Below, in pieces: positions 1 through 10,032 of a stretch of 64,000 nucleotides of DNA. This stretch comes from an uncultured bacterium (GTDB lineage: Bacteria; Patescibacteriota; Minisyncoccia; Phycocordibacterales; CAIJYI01). Position 1 is the stretch's first letter; each line of letters opens with the position of its first letter. Below the pieces are notes generated by a model that had not been told where the DNA came from, made no database searches, and saw only the letters and a program-made list of their open reading frames with translations. Where the stretch lies: positions 27,159-91,158 of the forward strand of contig CAIJYI010000041.1 of assembly GCA_903824855.1 (NCBI GenBank), read 5' to 3'. The position numbers and the translations under genes are program-made.

Positions 1-177
1 GAATTGGCAATTAGGGACTCAGAATCTAAAATTGCCGAATTGGAAGCGCAGTTTACCACGCTCGGAAAAAGCGTTGATGTGAATTTCGCTAAAGATATGG
101 GGTATCAAGAAATCTCCAAAATCGATTACGTCTCACGTTCTCCTGTCTTAACGATGCTCGACGGCCATGTCAGATAA
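1..177 (+). CDS. Partial CDS (3' end), FtsL-like coiled-coil cell division protein
   Basis: Frame 1 is open to TAA at 175-177 (ELAIRDSESKIAELEAQ...AKDMGY...). It overlaps the PBP start, the usual ftsL-ftsI position. Confidence 0.55.
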   Translation, partial: ELAIRDSESKIAELEAQFTTLGKSVDVNFAKDMGYQEISKIDYVSRSPVLTMLDGHVR

Positions 178-1891
178 ATCATACGGGCATAAAAGAATTT
201 GGTTTCTCTATTTTTGTATTATTCTCGTAGCTTCCATACTGATTGGGAGGCTATATGTTTTGCAAATTGTTAAAGGAAATGACTTTCGCGATCAAGCGGA
301 AGGTCAATACAAAAAACCGACAAGTCAGTTTGATCGTAATGATATTTATTTTACTGAAAAGAACGGTAATCTTGTGTCGGCAGCGACGGTGCGAACCGGA
401 TATATTCTTGAACTGAATCCGAAAATGATTAAGGACGCAAATTCGGCTTACAATAAATTATCCGAGGTTATTGTTCTTGATAAAACAAATTTTCTGGAAA
501 AAGCAACGAAGAAAAATGATTCATCAGAAATTATCGCGCATCGCATGGAACAGTCTGTTGCCAATAAAATTCAATCACTAAAAATACCGGGTGTTTTTGT
601 TTCTCCTGAACATTGGAGATATTATCCGAGCGGAACACTTGCCGCTCACCTTATTGGTTTTGTGGGATATGAGGAGGATGGAATAACCTTATCGGGCCGA
701 TATGGACTCGAAAGTTATTATGACACAATCTTGAGCAAAAATTCGGGAAATTCAGAACGCAATTTTTTCGCCGAAGTATTTTCTTCTGCGACCTCGGTAA
801 TTGATCCGGCAGAAAAGGCAAAGGGAGATATCGCGCTCACTATCGAACCGACGGTTCAATCGGAGTTAGAGAAACAATTACGAGATATTAAAACAAAATA
901 TAATAGTGGTGATGTCGGCGGAATTATAATCAATCCAAAAACCGGTGAAATCTACGCGATGGAAACGGTTCCGACCTATGACCCGAATGATACGTCAAAA
1001 GAGAAAACCCTCTCAGTTTTTAATGACGCTCTCGTGGGAAGTCGGTATGAAATGGGATCTGTCGTTAAAGCTTTGGTAATGGCCGCGGGAATCGATACGG
1101 GAAAAGTAACGGCGAAAATGACATACAACGATAACCTCGGTTATATTATCGCAGACGGCTATAAAGTTTATAACTACGACCTTCGTGGACGCGGAAATAA
1201 TATTCCGATGCAAGAGATTCTCAATCAATCATTGAATACCGGAATGGTTTTTGTAATGAAACAAATGGGGAAGCCGAATCTTGAAAAATATTTGACTGCT
1301 TACGGGCTCGGAGATCAGACAACTATCGATTTACCGTCAGAAATTTCCGGGGATTTGAAAAATCTTGAAGCCGGAAAAAATCGCACTGTTGAGTATGCCA
1401 CAGCTTCGTTCGGGCAGGGAATTTCCGTGACACCAATCGCCATTGCTCGCGCGCTCTGTTCTCTTGGAAATGGCGGGTTGCTCATCGATCCGCATCTTCG
1501 AGCAAAAACAATTCTTCCTGCCGGAATCGCAAAACCATTTACCATTGCAGAAGGAACTCGTGTACTCAAACAGAGTACTTCCAAAGAAATTACGCGTATG
1601 TTGGTGGAGGTTGTCGACAAGGCTCTTTTAGGTGGTACGGTGAAAATGGATCATTATTCAATCGCGGCAAAAACAGGTACAGCTCAAATTTCCATGAATG
1701 GAAAATATTCCGCCGATCAATATCTACATTCCTTTTTCGGTTATTTCCCGGCCTATGACCCAAAGTTTCTCGTCTTTCTTTATGTGGTAAATCCACGAGG
1801 GGAAGCATACGCTTCTCATACCCTGACCGCTCCATTTATGAATCTAACAAAGTTCTTACTCTCCTATTACGAGGTACCGCCGGATAGATAG
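167..1891 (+). CDS. ftsI: Class B penicillin-binding protein (FtsI/PBP2 family)
   Basis: N-terminal TM helix, RYYP..AHLIGF and G..GLE dimerisation motifs, catalytic SVVK, SLN and KTGTAQ. Confidence 0.85.
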   Translation: MSDKSYGHKRIWFLYFCIILVASILIGRLYVLQIVKGNDFRDQAEGQYKKPTSQFDRNDIYFTEKNGNLVSAATVRTGYILELNPKMIKDANSAYNKLSEVIVLDKTNFLEKATKKNDSSEIIAHRMEQSVANKIQSLKIPGVFVSPEHWRYYPSGTLAAHLIGFVGYEEDGITLSGRYGLESYYDTILSKNSGNSERNFFAEVFSSATSVIDPAEKAKGDIALTIEPTVQSELEKQLRDIKTKYNSGDVGGIIINPKTGEIYAMETVPTYDPNDTSKEKTLSVFNDALVGSRYEMGSVVKALVMAAGIDTGKVTAKMTYNDNLGYIIADGYKVYNYDLRGRGNNIPMQEILNQSLNTGMVFVMKQMGKPNLEKYLTAYGLGDQTTIDLPSEISGDLKNLEAGKNRTVEYATASFGQGISVTPIAIARALCSLGNGGLLIDPHLRAKTILPAGIAKPFTIAEGTRVLKQSTSKEITRMLVEVVDKALLGGTVKMDHYSIAAKTGTAQISMNGKYSADQYLHSFFGYFPAYDPKFLVFLYVVNPRGEAYASHTLTAPFMNLTKFLLSYYEVPPDR

Positions 1892-2003
1892 AAAAAAGTA
1901 TCGTAAATGGTGAAAATTGAAATTCAATGAAAGCTGTTTTTGTGCTATAATGGCCATACAGGGCTCTTGTCTGTGATAATCCGTTAAAATCTCTCAAATA
2001 ATT

Positions 2004-3326
2004 ATGAAAAATTTCGCAAAAAAAATAATTACCGCTATTCTGGTTGCTGAAGCTTCGGCGGTTTTGAAAAAATATAAACCAAAAATTGTTGCCGTCATAG
2101 GAAGTGTCGGAAAGACATCGACGAAGGATGCAATATATTCTGTTTTTTCCCGCGAATTTTTTGTGCGTAAAAGCGAAAAAAGTTTTAACTCCGAAATCGG
2201 AATTCCTCTTACGGTGCTTGGCTGTGGAAACGGTTGGAATAATCCAATTATTTGGATTCAGAATATTTGGAGTGGTTTAATGCTTCTCATCGGCGATAAA
2301 AAATATCCCGAATGGCTCATCTTGGAAATCGGTGTTGATAGACCGGGAGATATGAAAAATGCCACCAAATGGATTCATCCTGATATCCTCGTAGTAACTC
2401 GTTTCGCTGATGTTCCCGTTCATGTAGAATATTTTGCATCACCCGAAGCGATTATCGCCGAAAAAAGTTTAATGGTCGGATCTCTCAAAAAAGAAGGCAC
2501 GCTTGTTTTGAATGCTGATGATGAGAAGGTTCTCGCTCTTAAATCAAAATGGAAAGGGAAAATAAAAACTTACGGCTTCAAAGAAGAAACAGATATTACC
2601 GGTTCTCATGTTTCAATTATGTACGGCGAAGATGATTTGGAAAGAAAATCTCCGACCGGAATAATGATTCGTCTTGATGTCGGCGAAACCAGTATCCCCG
2701 CTCGTATTTACGGCTCACTCGGTAAAGCCATGAGTTATTCAGCGATGGCGACCACCGCTGCGAGTATTTCTGCCGGTATTAATCTCGTAAAAATAACCGA
2801 AGGACTTTCTGAAATCATACCACCTCAAGGAAGAATGCGGTTGATTCCCGGAATAAAAAATTCAATCATTCTTGATGATTCCTACAACGCTTCACCCGTC
2901 GCAATGGCTTCCGCACTTGAAACATTAAAAGAAGTGAAATCATATGGAAAGAAATATGCCGTCTTGGGAGACATGCTTGAACTCGGAAAATATTCCACGG
3001 AAGAACACAAAAAAGTCGGAGCACTCGCCAAAGAATCCTGTGATGTACTTTTGACGGTAGGAATTCGCGCTCGTGCCATTGCCGACGGCGCTCTCGACGC
3101 TTTTATGAGCGAAGACAACATCTATCAATTTGAATCATCACGTGAAGCAGGGAAATATCTGGAAAAATTAATCGGCGATGGAGATATTATTTTAATCAAA
3201 GGTTCTCAAGGATCCGGCTCAAACAGTATTCGCATGGAAAGAGCCGTAGAAGAAATAATGGCCGAACCGGAAAAGAAATCCGAACTTTTAGTAAGACAAG
3301 GCGAAGAATGGGAGAAGAGGGCGTAG
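2004..3326 (+). CDS. murF: UDP-MurNAc-tripeptide D-Ala-D-Ala ligase
   Basis: GSVGKTSTK P-loop, SFNSEIGIPLT, DDSYNASP, LGDMLELG, IKGS. Confidence 0.9.
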   Translation: MKNFAKKIITAILVAEASAVLKKYKPKIVAVIGSVGKTSTKDAIYSVFSREFFVRKSEKSFNSEIGIPLTVLGCGNGWNNPIIWIQNIWSGLMLLIGDKKYPEWLILEIGVDRPGDMKNATKWIHPDILVVTRFADVPVHVEYFASPEAIIAEKSLMVGSLKKEGTLVLNADDEKVLALKSKWKGKIKTYGFKEETDITGSHVSIMYGEDDLERKSPTGIMIRLDVGETSIPARIYGSLGKAMSYSAMATTAASISAGINLVKITEGLSEIIPPQGRMRLIPGIKNSIILDDSYNASPVAMASALETLKEVKSYGKKYAVLGDMLELGKYSTEEHKKVGALAKESCDVLLTVGIRARAIADGALDAFMSEDNIYQFESSREAGKYLEKLIGDGDIILIKGSQGSGSNSIRMERAVEEIMAEPEKKSELLVRQGEEWEKRA

Positions 3327-3385
3327 CTTTAAGCTTTCACTTTTAGGGTAAGATATTTTTTGCTTTTTTATAAAAATATGCTATA

Positions 3386-3429
3386 TTCATAAAGTTCATC
3401 AAGTTATAAAGTTCATCAAGTTCATCAAG
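3386..3429 (+). repeat. Five-unit TTCATCAAG/TTCATAAAG tandem array in the tRNA-Glu leader
   Basis: ttcataaag ttcatcaag ttataaag ttcatcaag ttcatcaag. Confidence 0.9.
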
Positions 3430-3459
3430 CCCGAACGCATGGCAAACTTTATTACCCCG

Positions 3460-3531
3460 GGCCCTATCGTCTAACGGTTAGGACGAAAGCTTCTCAAGCT
3501 TTAAATCAGAGTTCGATTCTCTGTAGGGTCA
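3460..3531 (+). tRNA. tRNA-Glu(CTC), CCA not encoded
   Basis: Acceptor stem GGCCCTA/TAGGGTC, anticodon arm AAAGC-ttCTCaa-GCTTT, T-loop GTTCGATTC. Confidence 0.95.
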
Positions 3532-3750
3532 CAAAACGCAAAATAAATAAAAATTTGGGGGTCGTTCCGCCTTGTTGGCGGTGCGACCCCCAATTTTTTA
3601 TTTATTTTAGAAAAGCAAACTGCTTTGCTTTTCGGCGTTTTGTGAGGCCGGAGCCATGTCCTATCAAGGACAGGCGAGGCGAGGTCAACAAGCTCTTAGT
3701 AGAATTGGAGCGAAGCGAACAATTATACTTAGTGACTTGCGACCACCCCG
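3529..3750 (+). other. Nested inverted-repeat element directly 3' of tRNA-Glu
   Basis: Outer stem 3529-3538/3636-3645; 25-bp arms 3540-3564/3584-3608 with 1 mismatch; hairpin 3610-3633; tgtcct/aggaca hairpin. Confidence 0.6.
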
Positions 3751-3900
3751 TGACAGTATGCGAAGCATTCAATTCAAACCCGCCCGTTGCATTATTAGCC
3801 AGTTCAACAAGTAAGTGAACACTTTGACATAATTAAGTAAATCATATACTGTAGGCCACAGGTCTAAATCGTTTAAACCACATCATTGGAGGACATAACG

Positions 3901-4248
3901 ATGGGTACTTCTAAAGAAGAAACACTAAAGAAATTAATTCGCAAATTCGGCTTGCCGGAAACGTCAACATGGGAAGATATTAGCGATTATAGCCGATCAT
4001 GGGAAGATATTCGCAATCGCAATCAATCACCAAAAAAATTTTGGAGAGATGGCGTACCGATGTTTCTTGCTGGCCTGTTTATTTTTTTAGCTGGCTTTCT
4101 TACATTATCCCCTCCGGGGTTTTATGGATTCGGTCGTGAACTTATAAATGCAGGTTATGGAATTTTTCCGCTGGTATTTTTGATTTCTGTAATCGCAGCA
4201 GTGGGAGGCGCCATAATGATGCTTGCTTCTTCCTGTAATACGGAATAA
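3901..4248 (+). CDS. Hypothetical membrane protein (2 TM)
   Basis: GGAGG RBS before ATG 3901, two hydrophobic segments, TTGACA at 3824 upstream. Confidence 0.7.
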   Translation: MGTSKEETLKKLIRKFGLPETSTWEDISDYSRSWEDIRNRNQSPKKFWRDGVPMFLAGLFIFLAGFLTLSPPGFYGFGRELINAGYGIFPLVFLISVIAAVGGAIMMLASSCNTE

Positions 4249-4338
4249 AAAAACTCACAGAAACTCGCTCGGCTTTAAGCAGGGCGATTTTTTTTACATT
4301 CTTTTTGAGTCTGTCTTTCTGTATGTTATGATATATTT

Positions 4339-4671
4339 ATGTCACTTATTTCACCAAACGAACTAAAAAAGCTTATCTCTGAAAATCCCGGGCTTACCAT
4401 TATTGATATCCGTTCGCCTGAGGAAATCTCTTCCGGGGTAATTCCGAATTCGAAATGGATGGATGTAACATCAAAAAGTTTTATGAACGATGTTTCTTTA
4501 TTGCCGAAAGATAAGACTTACTGCGTGTACTGCGCCTCGGGCGGTCGTTCCTCTATGGTTGTGCCTTTTATGGAAATGAACGGTTTTACAAAAGTCTACG
4601 AACTTGAAGGGGGGATTATGGCTTGGGAAAATGACGGAAATACACTGGTGTTGCCAAAAGAAGATAAATGA
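4339..4671 (+). CDS. Rhodanese-like domain protein
   Basis: IIDIRSPEE..GVIP, YCASGGRS active-site loop, LEGGIMAW. Confidence 0.9.
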   Translation: MSLISPNELKKLISENPGLTIIDIRSPEEISSGVIPNSKWMDVTSKSFMNDVSLLPKDKTYCVYCASGGRSSMVVPFMEMNGFTKVYELEGGIMAWENDGNTLVLPKEDK

Positions 4672-4782
4672 AATTTCAGTTTAATTTCGGAATGACTAAC
4701 CGAAATGCGCGGGAATATGTCGAGAACGTTACCACTTTATTTATGAGAAATGCGCCATCATAATGGCGTATTTTTTTGTAAG

Positions 4783-4791
4783 TTATACACA
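4783..4791 (+). promoter_or_regulatory. DnaA box upstream of the surface protein promoter
   Basis: TTATACACA matches TTWTNCACA; intergenic. Confidence 0.45.
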
Positions 4792-4884
4792 GTAGAATTA
4801 TTGAAAAAAGTCTTTTATTGTTACAATTAAATGGTAATAAAATTATCGAAATAACACCATGAGGTGTTATTAATTGTTGAATTT

Positions 4885-7800
4885 ATGAAATATAAATTTT
4901 TTAAAAAAATATTTGGTCTGGGTGATGGAAATATTACATTTCTTAGTTTTTGTGAAAGACCCCATCTGTTTTTAAAAAATAAATTCAAAATTTATAGTAC
5001 TTGGCACAAGAATTCCTACTCGGATGTTGTTCATGGTGCGCTACTCGTCGCCTTCATTGTCCTTGTCGCTATAATTAGTTTATTCAGTATTGGTTTATTA
5101 CCGATATCTGCGGCGGTTGTTAATTATTATGTTGACCCATCGGGGACAGACGATAGCTCTCACGGATTAGGAACGGGTACCGATGCTTTTAATACTATTC
5201 AATACGCAATCGATTTTGCCGGTTCTAATTCCATCATAAACATTGCTCCGGGGACATACACGGAAAGAATTTCTATTAATAAATCTCTCAGTCTTGTTGG
5301 TGCAAGTAAAGACACTACAAACATTGTCGGAGTTACCGGTTACGATTCCGTTATTGCCGTTTCTTCTACCGGTTCGGAAGGTTCTCCTCTTTTAATTAAA
5401 AACTTAACGATTGATGCGAACAACAATCCTTTTGGGGCAGACACCTGGGAGAGTGGTATTTATGCGGATGCTTCTAATTATATCACGGTTGAAAATGTTA
5501 ATGTCATTAATTTTAAAGCGGACGGTATCCTTCTTTCAAATGACTCAAACAATAATACGGTAAAAAAGAGCACGATTACCGGATCGACGGACGGATGTAT
5601 TGCCGGTGTAAATATTGATGGAAATTCCGGAGAAAATTTAATCGGTGGCTACGACATCAGCGACGGCAATACGATATCTGTACAGACGGCAGGAATCGGT
5701 AATCTAAATGTTGTTTATCTCTCAGGTACTAATGATAAAAGTAACACGATTCAACACAACACACTGAATGGCGGAGTGCAGGCTTTTCAACAAGATAGTT
5801 TTTCGACGGGTCAAACAACGGTCGCCGATAATGTGCGTGATAGCGTAGCAAGTCCAACTCATGGAGGAATAAGGTTTGATGGCGGCAACGGAATAATACT
5901 TCGAAATACGATTAGAAGTTCCTCACAACCGATTGAATTTTTTGGAAATAATACATTTATTGAGGCAAATCATTTGGACGGAGCGACATCTCACGCAATA
6001 TATTTAGGAGCTTATACCGGTACCGCGACGATAGATTACAATACTATTTATGACATTAACGGAGGAGATGCTATTCGAGCCGTATCCGGAGGTACTTATT
6101 TGAAAATTGATGATAATACCATTTACAATATTTCCGGCGCAGGTATTTATCTTGAGGCTGGAGCAAAAAATGCTGATATCAGGAGTAATGATATACATGA
6201 TATTGCCGAGACCGGATATGCGGCTGTTGTAGTCTATGGTGAGGGGGCGACAATTTATGATAATATGATCCACCATAATCAGAGTGGCGGTTTGGCAGTG
6301 TACGCACAAACAACCAAAGTGGAAAGCAATCGTTTTTTGGATGGCGCTTGGGGAATTATTCTAGGAGCCGTCGGAGCGAATTTTGATATACGTTCAAATA
6401 GTTTTGAGGGTAACGATCCTGGTTCTCTGACCGCACACCGTAATCTTTCACTGACTGCAGGTAGTGCGACCGCAATGTATAACTGGTGGGGAAGTGCCGA
6501 TTTGGAAACTATACAGCAAGGAGTAACAGACGGTGTAACTATACTTCCTTATTATACGAACGCATCAGCGACAGCACTCGCTAGCGCTAAAGCAATTACC
6601 GCTTTTAGTATTCCCGGTCAAGTTGGGCTAACCGTGTTGAATGAAGGAAACCATACTATCAAAGTAACAATGCCGAGCGGAACGGACGTGACGAATCTAT
6701 CTCCCGTAGTCACCTATTCTGTCGCGGCAACAGTGAGTCCTGATTCTTTGGTGCCAACTAATTTTACCAGCCCGGTTACTTATAGGGTCACTTCGGCTGA
6801 TTTAGTCACTGTTCAAGATTATCTCGTCACAATAATTGTTCTTTCGAGTTCTCAGAATTCCCCCGACGTCGACGGTTCTATCACTCTTAATAGTACCGCT
6901 CCGCAGGGTTTGATAGTGAACCCGACACAACCATTGAATGTTACTGTTTCGAGCGGAACAATAAATCCATCTCTTGATGTAAGCGAGTTCATTGGGAGTG
7001 ACGGCACGGGAACCCTTCCTTCAATAACAATACTTTCTTTAAATGCGGATAACACTGAAATAACAATTCCCGCATCCACTATTGTAACATCAGCCAGTAC
7101 TACATGGGATGGAGTAATGTCAGTACCGACAAACGTCACGAATATAACTTTGCCTGAGACCTCGGGGCAAACAAAAACTTTGGTGTCCGCCATTGAGTTT
7201 GGCTTTAGCGGAGCAAAACTCTCTTTCGATAAATCAGTTAAAATATTATTCCCGGGGCAAGCTGATAAAAGAGTCGGGTATCTTCGAACAGGGGAAAGTT
7301 TTACTGAAATTGTAGATAGCTGTGTTTCCGTGAGTGATCAAGTTGCCATTAATGCCGACTTGGTGGGAAGTAAAGAAGATTGTAAAATTAATTCCGGTGC
7401 AGATTTGGTTGTGTGGACAAAACATTTCACAACCTTCGCCGTCTACACACAGACGCAACAGGTTACACAAATTATTAGTGGTGGTGGTGGAGCCGTGGTT
7501 ATTGTCCCTTCGACTCGAACTACCTTGCCGATTGTGAATCCAAACACTATCACAACCACTGCGCCCACTGTCGGTGTCGCGGTTCAGATACCTGAGGAGT
7601 CTTCAGTACAAATTCCCGTCACCACGACAGTTACATCCTCGATTACTGCGGGAACGGTAACGACGACACCTTCTTTGGTTGAAAACATTGCATCTCTGGG
7701 AACTAAATTATTTGATATTATCTTTACTCTCCAAAATGCTCTATTAAACAAATCGAGCAGTTTGGTTGCGATGACTCAGTTTACCAGTTTTGGTACGGTG

Positions 7801-8109
7801 CCAACTTCGGTTTTAATGAAATATCAAATTGTCGATTCGAAAAATGTCCCCGTCTATTCTTCAAAGGAATCCGTCACTGTTGAAACTGAACGATTGGTAA
7901 CGAAAAAATTTGAGAATCTTAATCTTCCAAACGGAAAATACACGCTCGTTCTTTCAACGAGCTATGGTAATAATGTGAATGATGAATTTAAGCAGGTATT
8001 TGAAGTTAAGGGGGCTTCTACTTCATGGAGTGTGTGGATAGGTTTAACTCTCCTTTTTGTAGGTATCTTTTGTTTAATATTTTCTATATTTGTCAAACGA
8101 AAAGCATAA
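4885..8109 (+). CDS. Large surface protein: right-handed beta-helix repeats, DUF5018-like Ig domain, Thr-rich linker, C-terminal Ig-like domain and TM anchor
   Basis: AFNTIQYAID..INIAPGTYTE start of a pectin-lyase-like fold, Asn ladders, ITAFSIPGQ...FTSPVTYRVT, C-terminal TM followed by KRKA. ATG 4885 is preferred to GTG 4864. Confidence 0.8.
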   Translation: MKYKFFKKIFGLGDGNITFLSFCERPHLFLKNKFKIYSTWHKNSYSDVVHGALLVAFIVLVAIISLFSIGLLPISAAVVNYYVDPSGTDDSSHGLGTGTDAFNTIQYAIDFAGSNSIINIAPGTYTERISINKSLSLVGASKDTTNIVGVTGYDSVIAVSSTGSEGSPLLIKNLTIDANNNPFGADTWESGIYADASNYITVENVNVINFKADGILLSNDSNNNTVKKSTITGSTDGCIAGVNIDGNSGENLIGGYDISDGNTISVQTAGIGNLNVVYLSGTNDKSNTIQHNTLNGGVQAFQQDSFSTGQTTVADNVRDSVASPTHGGIRFDGGNGIILRNTIRSSSQPIEFFGNNTFIEANHLDGATSHAIYLGAYTGTATIDYNTIYDINGGDAIRAVSGGTYLKIDDNTIYNISGAGIYLEAGAKNADIRSNDIHDIAETGYAAVVVYGEGATIYDNMIHHNQSGGLAVYAQTTKVESNRFLDGAWGIILGAVGANFDIRSNSFEGNDPGSLTAHRNLSLTAGSATAMYNWWGSADLETIQQGVTDGVTILPYYTNASATALASAKAITAFSIPGQVGLTVLNEGNHTIKVTMPSGTDVTNLSPVVTYSVAATVSPDSLVPTNFTSPVTYRVTSADLVTVQDYLVTIIVLSSSQNSPDVDGSITLNSTAPQGLIVNPTQPLNVTVSSGTINPSLDVSEFIGSDGTGTLPSITILSLNADNTEITIPASTIVTSASTTWDGVMSVPTNVTNITLPETSGQTKTLVSAIEFGFSGAKLSFDKSVKILFPGQADKRVGYLRTGESFTEIVDSCVSVSDQVAINADLVGSKEDCKINSGADLVVWTKHFTTFAVYTQTQQVTQIISGGGGAVVIVPSTRTTLPIVNPNTITTTAPTVGVAVQIPEESSVQIPVTTTVTSSITAGTVTTTPSLVENIASLGTKLFDIIFTLQNALLNKSSSLVAMTQFTSFGTVPTSVLMKYQIVDSKNVPVYSSKESVTVETERLVTKKFENLNLPNGKYTLVLSTSYGNNVNDEFKQVFEVKGASTSWSVWIGLTLLFVGIFCLIFSIFVKRKA

Positions 8110-8149
8110 CTCATTTATTTAATCTCAAAAACTTCTAAATATACATTAT

Positions 8150-9202
8150 ATGAACAAACTACGAATCAAAACCGACGCAAAAATTTTAATCTGTTTTCTC
8201 TCCATTATCCTCCTTTGTTTTATACAGATGGGAGTTACCTATTTATATCAAGGTGGCGTCTTAAAAAATATCACAAATCTGGAAGGAGTGGAAAACTCAC
8301 TGCAAGTTCTTGCCATATCGAAAAATGGTGACGACCATGTACTCGATGAAACTATTTATTTTTCAATTCTTTACGCCGAGAAAGGTGATTATGAGATGGT
8401 AAATAGCTACAAATCAAAATATGATCAATTATTGGCTGAAAGTAAGATTCGTTTTGAAAAAGGAAGTATTGCCTCTCTCTTGAAACAGAGCCATAGAACG
8501 GCGAAGGATAAACAACTGACAGAGCTGTATATACAAAATATCGCTTCAGCAGAAACCGGTATGAGAGTAATTGTTACGGATGCGTGGACTGCTTTACAAA
8601 ATAAGGATATTCAAAAAGCCAATGCTTTAATCACAAGTTCAGATTATAAAAAATATCATGAGGAAATGCATCTCAATATTGATAATTGGATAGAACTGGA
8701 AACATCGAATCTTGATGTTCTCCGAAATATTGTTTTTACACAATTACAAAACTCAATTTCTTTCACTCTTGTATATTTTATTATGATGCTGGCGGTTTTG
8801 CTTTTTGTTCTTTTCGCCGTCCGAACCTTTGTTGCAGAGCGAGATAGATTTTATGAATTAATTTATAATACTTCACAAGATGCGATGATGACGCTGGAAG
8901 GGCCGGACTGGAAGTTTACATCGGGGAATCCAATGGCTTTAAGGCTATTTAATGTCAAAGACAAAAATGAATTTATGTCTCTCAGTCTCGTTGATTTATC
9001 ACCGGAGAAACAGGAAGATGGACAGCTTTCAAGTGAAAAGGCAAAGATGATGATTGAAAGAGGAATGAAAGAAGGAAGAATTTCTTTCCGCTGGTTGCAT
9101 AAAGAATTTAACGGAAATAATTTTCATGCCGATGTATTGATGAGCAGAATTGATGAAAAAGGAAAGTCATATCTGCAGGCAATCGTAAGAAAAATGGATT
9201 AG
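8150..9202 (+). CDS. Membrane sensor protein: TM, extracytoplasmic helical domain, TM, PAS; no output domain
   Basis: Two TM helices. PAS motifs DAMM..FTSGN..LF, DLSPEKQEDG, FRWLHK..G..FHADV, QAIVR, then stop. Confidence 0.75.
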   Translation: MNKLRIKTDAKILICFLSIILLCFIQMGVTYLYQGGVLKNITNLEGVENSLQVLAISKNGDDHVLDETIYFSILYAEKGDYEMVNSYKSKYDQLLAESKIRFEKGSIASLLKQSHRTAKDKQLTELYIQNIASAETGMRVIVTDAWTALQNKDIQKANALITSSDYKKYHEEMHLNIDNWIELETSNLDVLRNIVFTQLQNSISFTLVYFIMMLAVLLFVLFAVRTFVAERDRFYELIYNTSQDAMMTLEGPDWKFTSGNPMALRLFNVKDKNEFMSLSLVDLSPEKQEDGQLSSEKAKMMIERGMKEGRISFRWLHKEFNGNNFHADVLMSRIDEKGKSYLQAIVRKMD

Positions 9203-9258
9203 GAAATTTAGATTTTTAAAAAACCGGCGCCAAAATGTCAGTCATAAAAGTAATGTAA

Positions 9259-9771
9259 ATGACATCTTCAATAAAAAATAAATCACTTCATATTGTCTCG
9301 CTATTATTCATATCAATAATGGCACTTCCGAACATTGTGTCAGCAATGACCGTTAGCGTTGGCATACCCGATGCTTTTTCACAGGTGCAAGCGGGAAATA
9401 AGATATATTTTGAAACAGAAATTAAATGGCCGGAAAATACCGGACGTAAAGATTTACGCATCGATTATTCCATATTGGATAAAAATAAAACGGAAATAGC
9501 TCAACTAAAAGTCTTAAGAGCTATCGAGACCCAGGTTTCATTCATGGACGGAATAGCTGTTCCCGCAGATGCTTCTTCGGGTTTGTATACCGTTTTGGTG
9601 AAAATAAGTGATTACGGAACTCTTTCCAAGGAAGCATCCGTGACCTTTAATGTGACTCAAAGTGGAAATTCAACACAGACATATCTCATTGTTATTATTG
9701 GATTTTTAAGTTTTATTTCAATTTTTGTTACTTTTGAATTATTCTTCTTAATGAGAAAGAAATCATTCTGA
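9259..9771 (+). CDS. Secreted Ig-like protein with C-terminal TM anchor
   Basis: Signal peptide, GLYTVLV beta-sandwich motif, C-terminal TM followed by RKK. Confidence 0.7.
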   Translation: MTSSIKNKSLHIVSLLFISIMALPNIVSAMTVSVGIPDAFSQVQAGNKIYFETEIKWPENTGRKDLRIDYSILDKNKTEIAQLKVLRAIETQVSFMDGIAVPADASSGLYTVLVKISDYGTLSKEASVTFNVTQSGNSTQTYLIVIIGFLSFISIFVTFELFFLMRKKSF

Positions 9772-9825
9772 TGATAGATCAACGCCTCTTTTTTCTTGAA
9801 TAATAAAGGTTTTTTTGAATAAGCA

Positions 9826-9836
9826 GGGGGGGGGGG
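9826..9836 (+). repeat. G11 homopolymer tract upstream of a promoter
   Basis: 11 consecutive G in AT-rich intergenic DNA. Confidence 0.9.
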
Positions 9837-9859
9837 AGAAAAAGTCCTATCAAAAATGC

Positions 9860-9888
9860 TTGACAGGGCTATTTCATTATGCTAACGT
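9860..9888 (+). promoter_or_regulatory. Sigma70-type promoter
   Basis: TTGACA-N17-TAACGT with extended TG. Confidence 0.55.
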
Positions 9889-10032
9889 TGCGAAAGGTCG
9901 TTTTTGAGGAGAGTCTTCAAGAATAGACTATTTGTCCTTTGAAATAATAAAGTACGTAGAAAATCTAACTGATTATTTCAGGGAATTCATGCCGTTTTGG
10001 CATATTTCTTAACTTCTAAAAGGAAGAAAAAA

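Noticed and set aside
3566-3583. ccgcc..ttggcggtg inside the tRNA-downstream hairpin as a ninth REP copy
   Set aside because: Only 9 nt are shared and the arm order is reversed; probably chance.
3555-3818. 87-aa ORF after tRNA-Glu
   Set aside because: TTG start, runs through inverted repeats, and has no protein-like features.
3968-4011. 14-bp direct repeat CATGGGAAGATATT in a small membrane protein gene
   Set aside because: A simple local in-frame duplication with no other copies seen.
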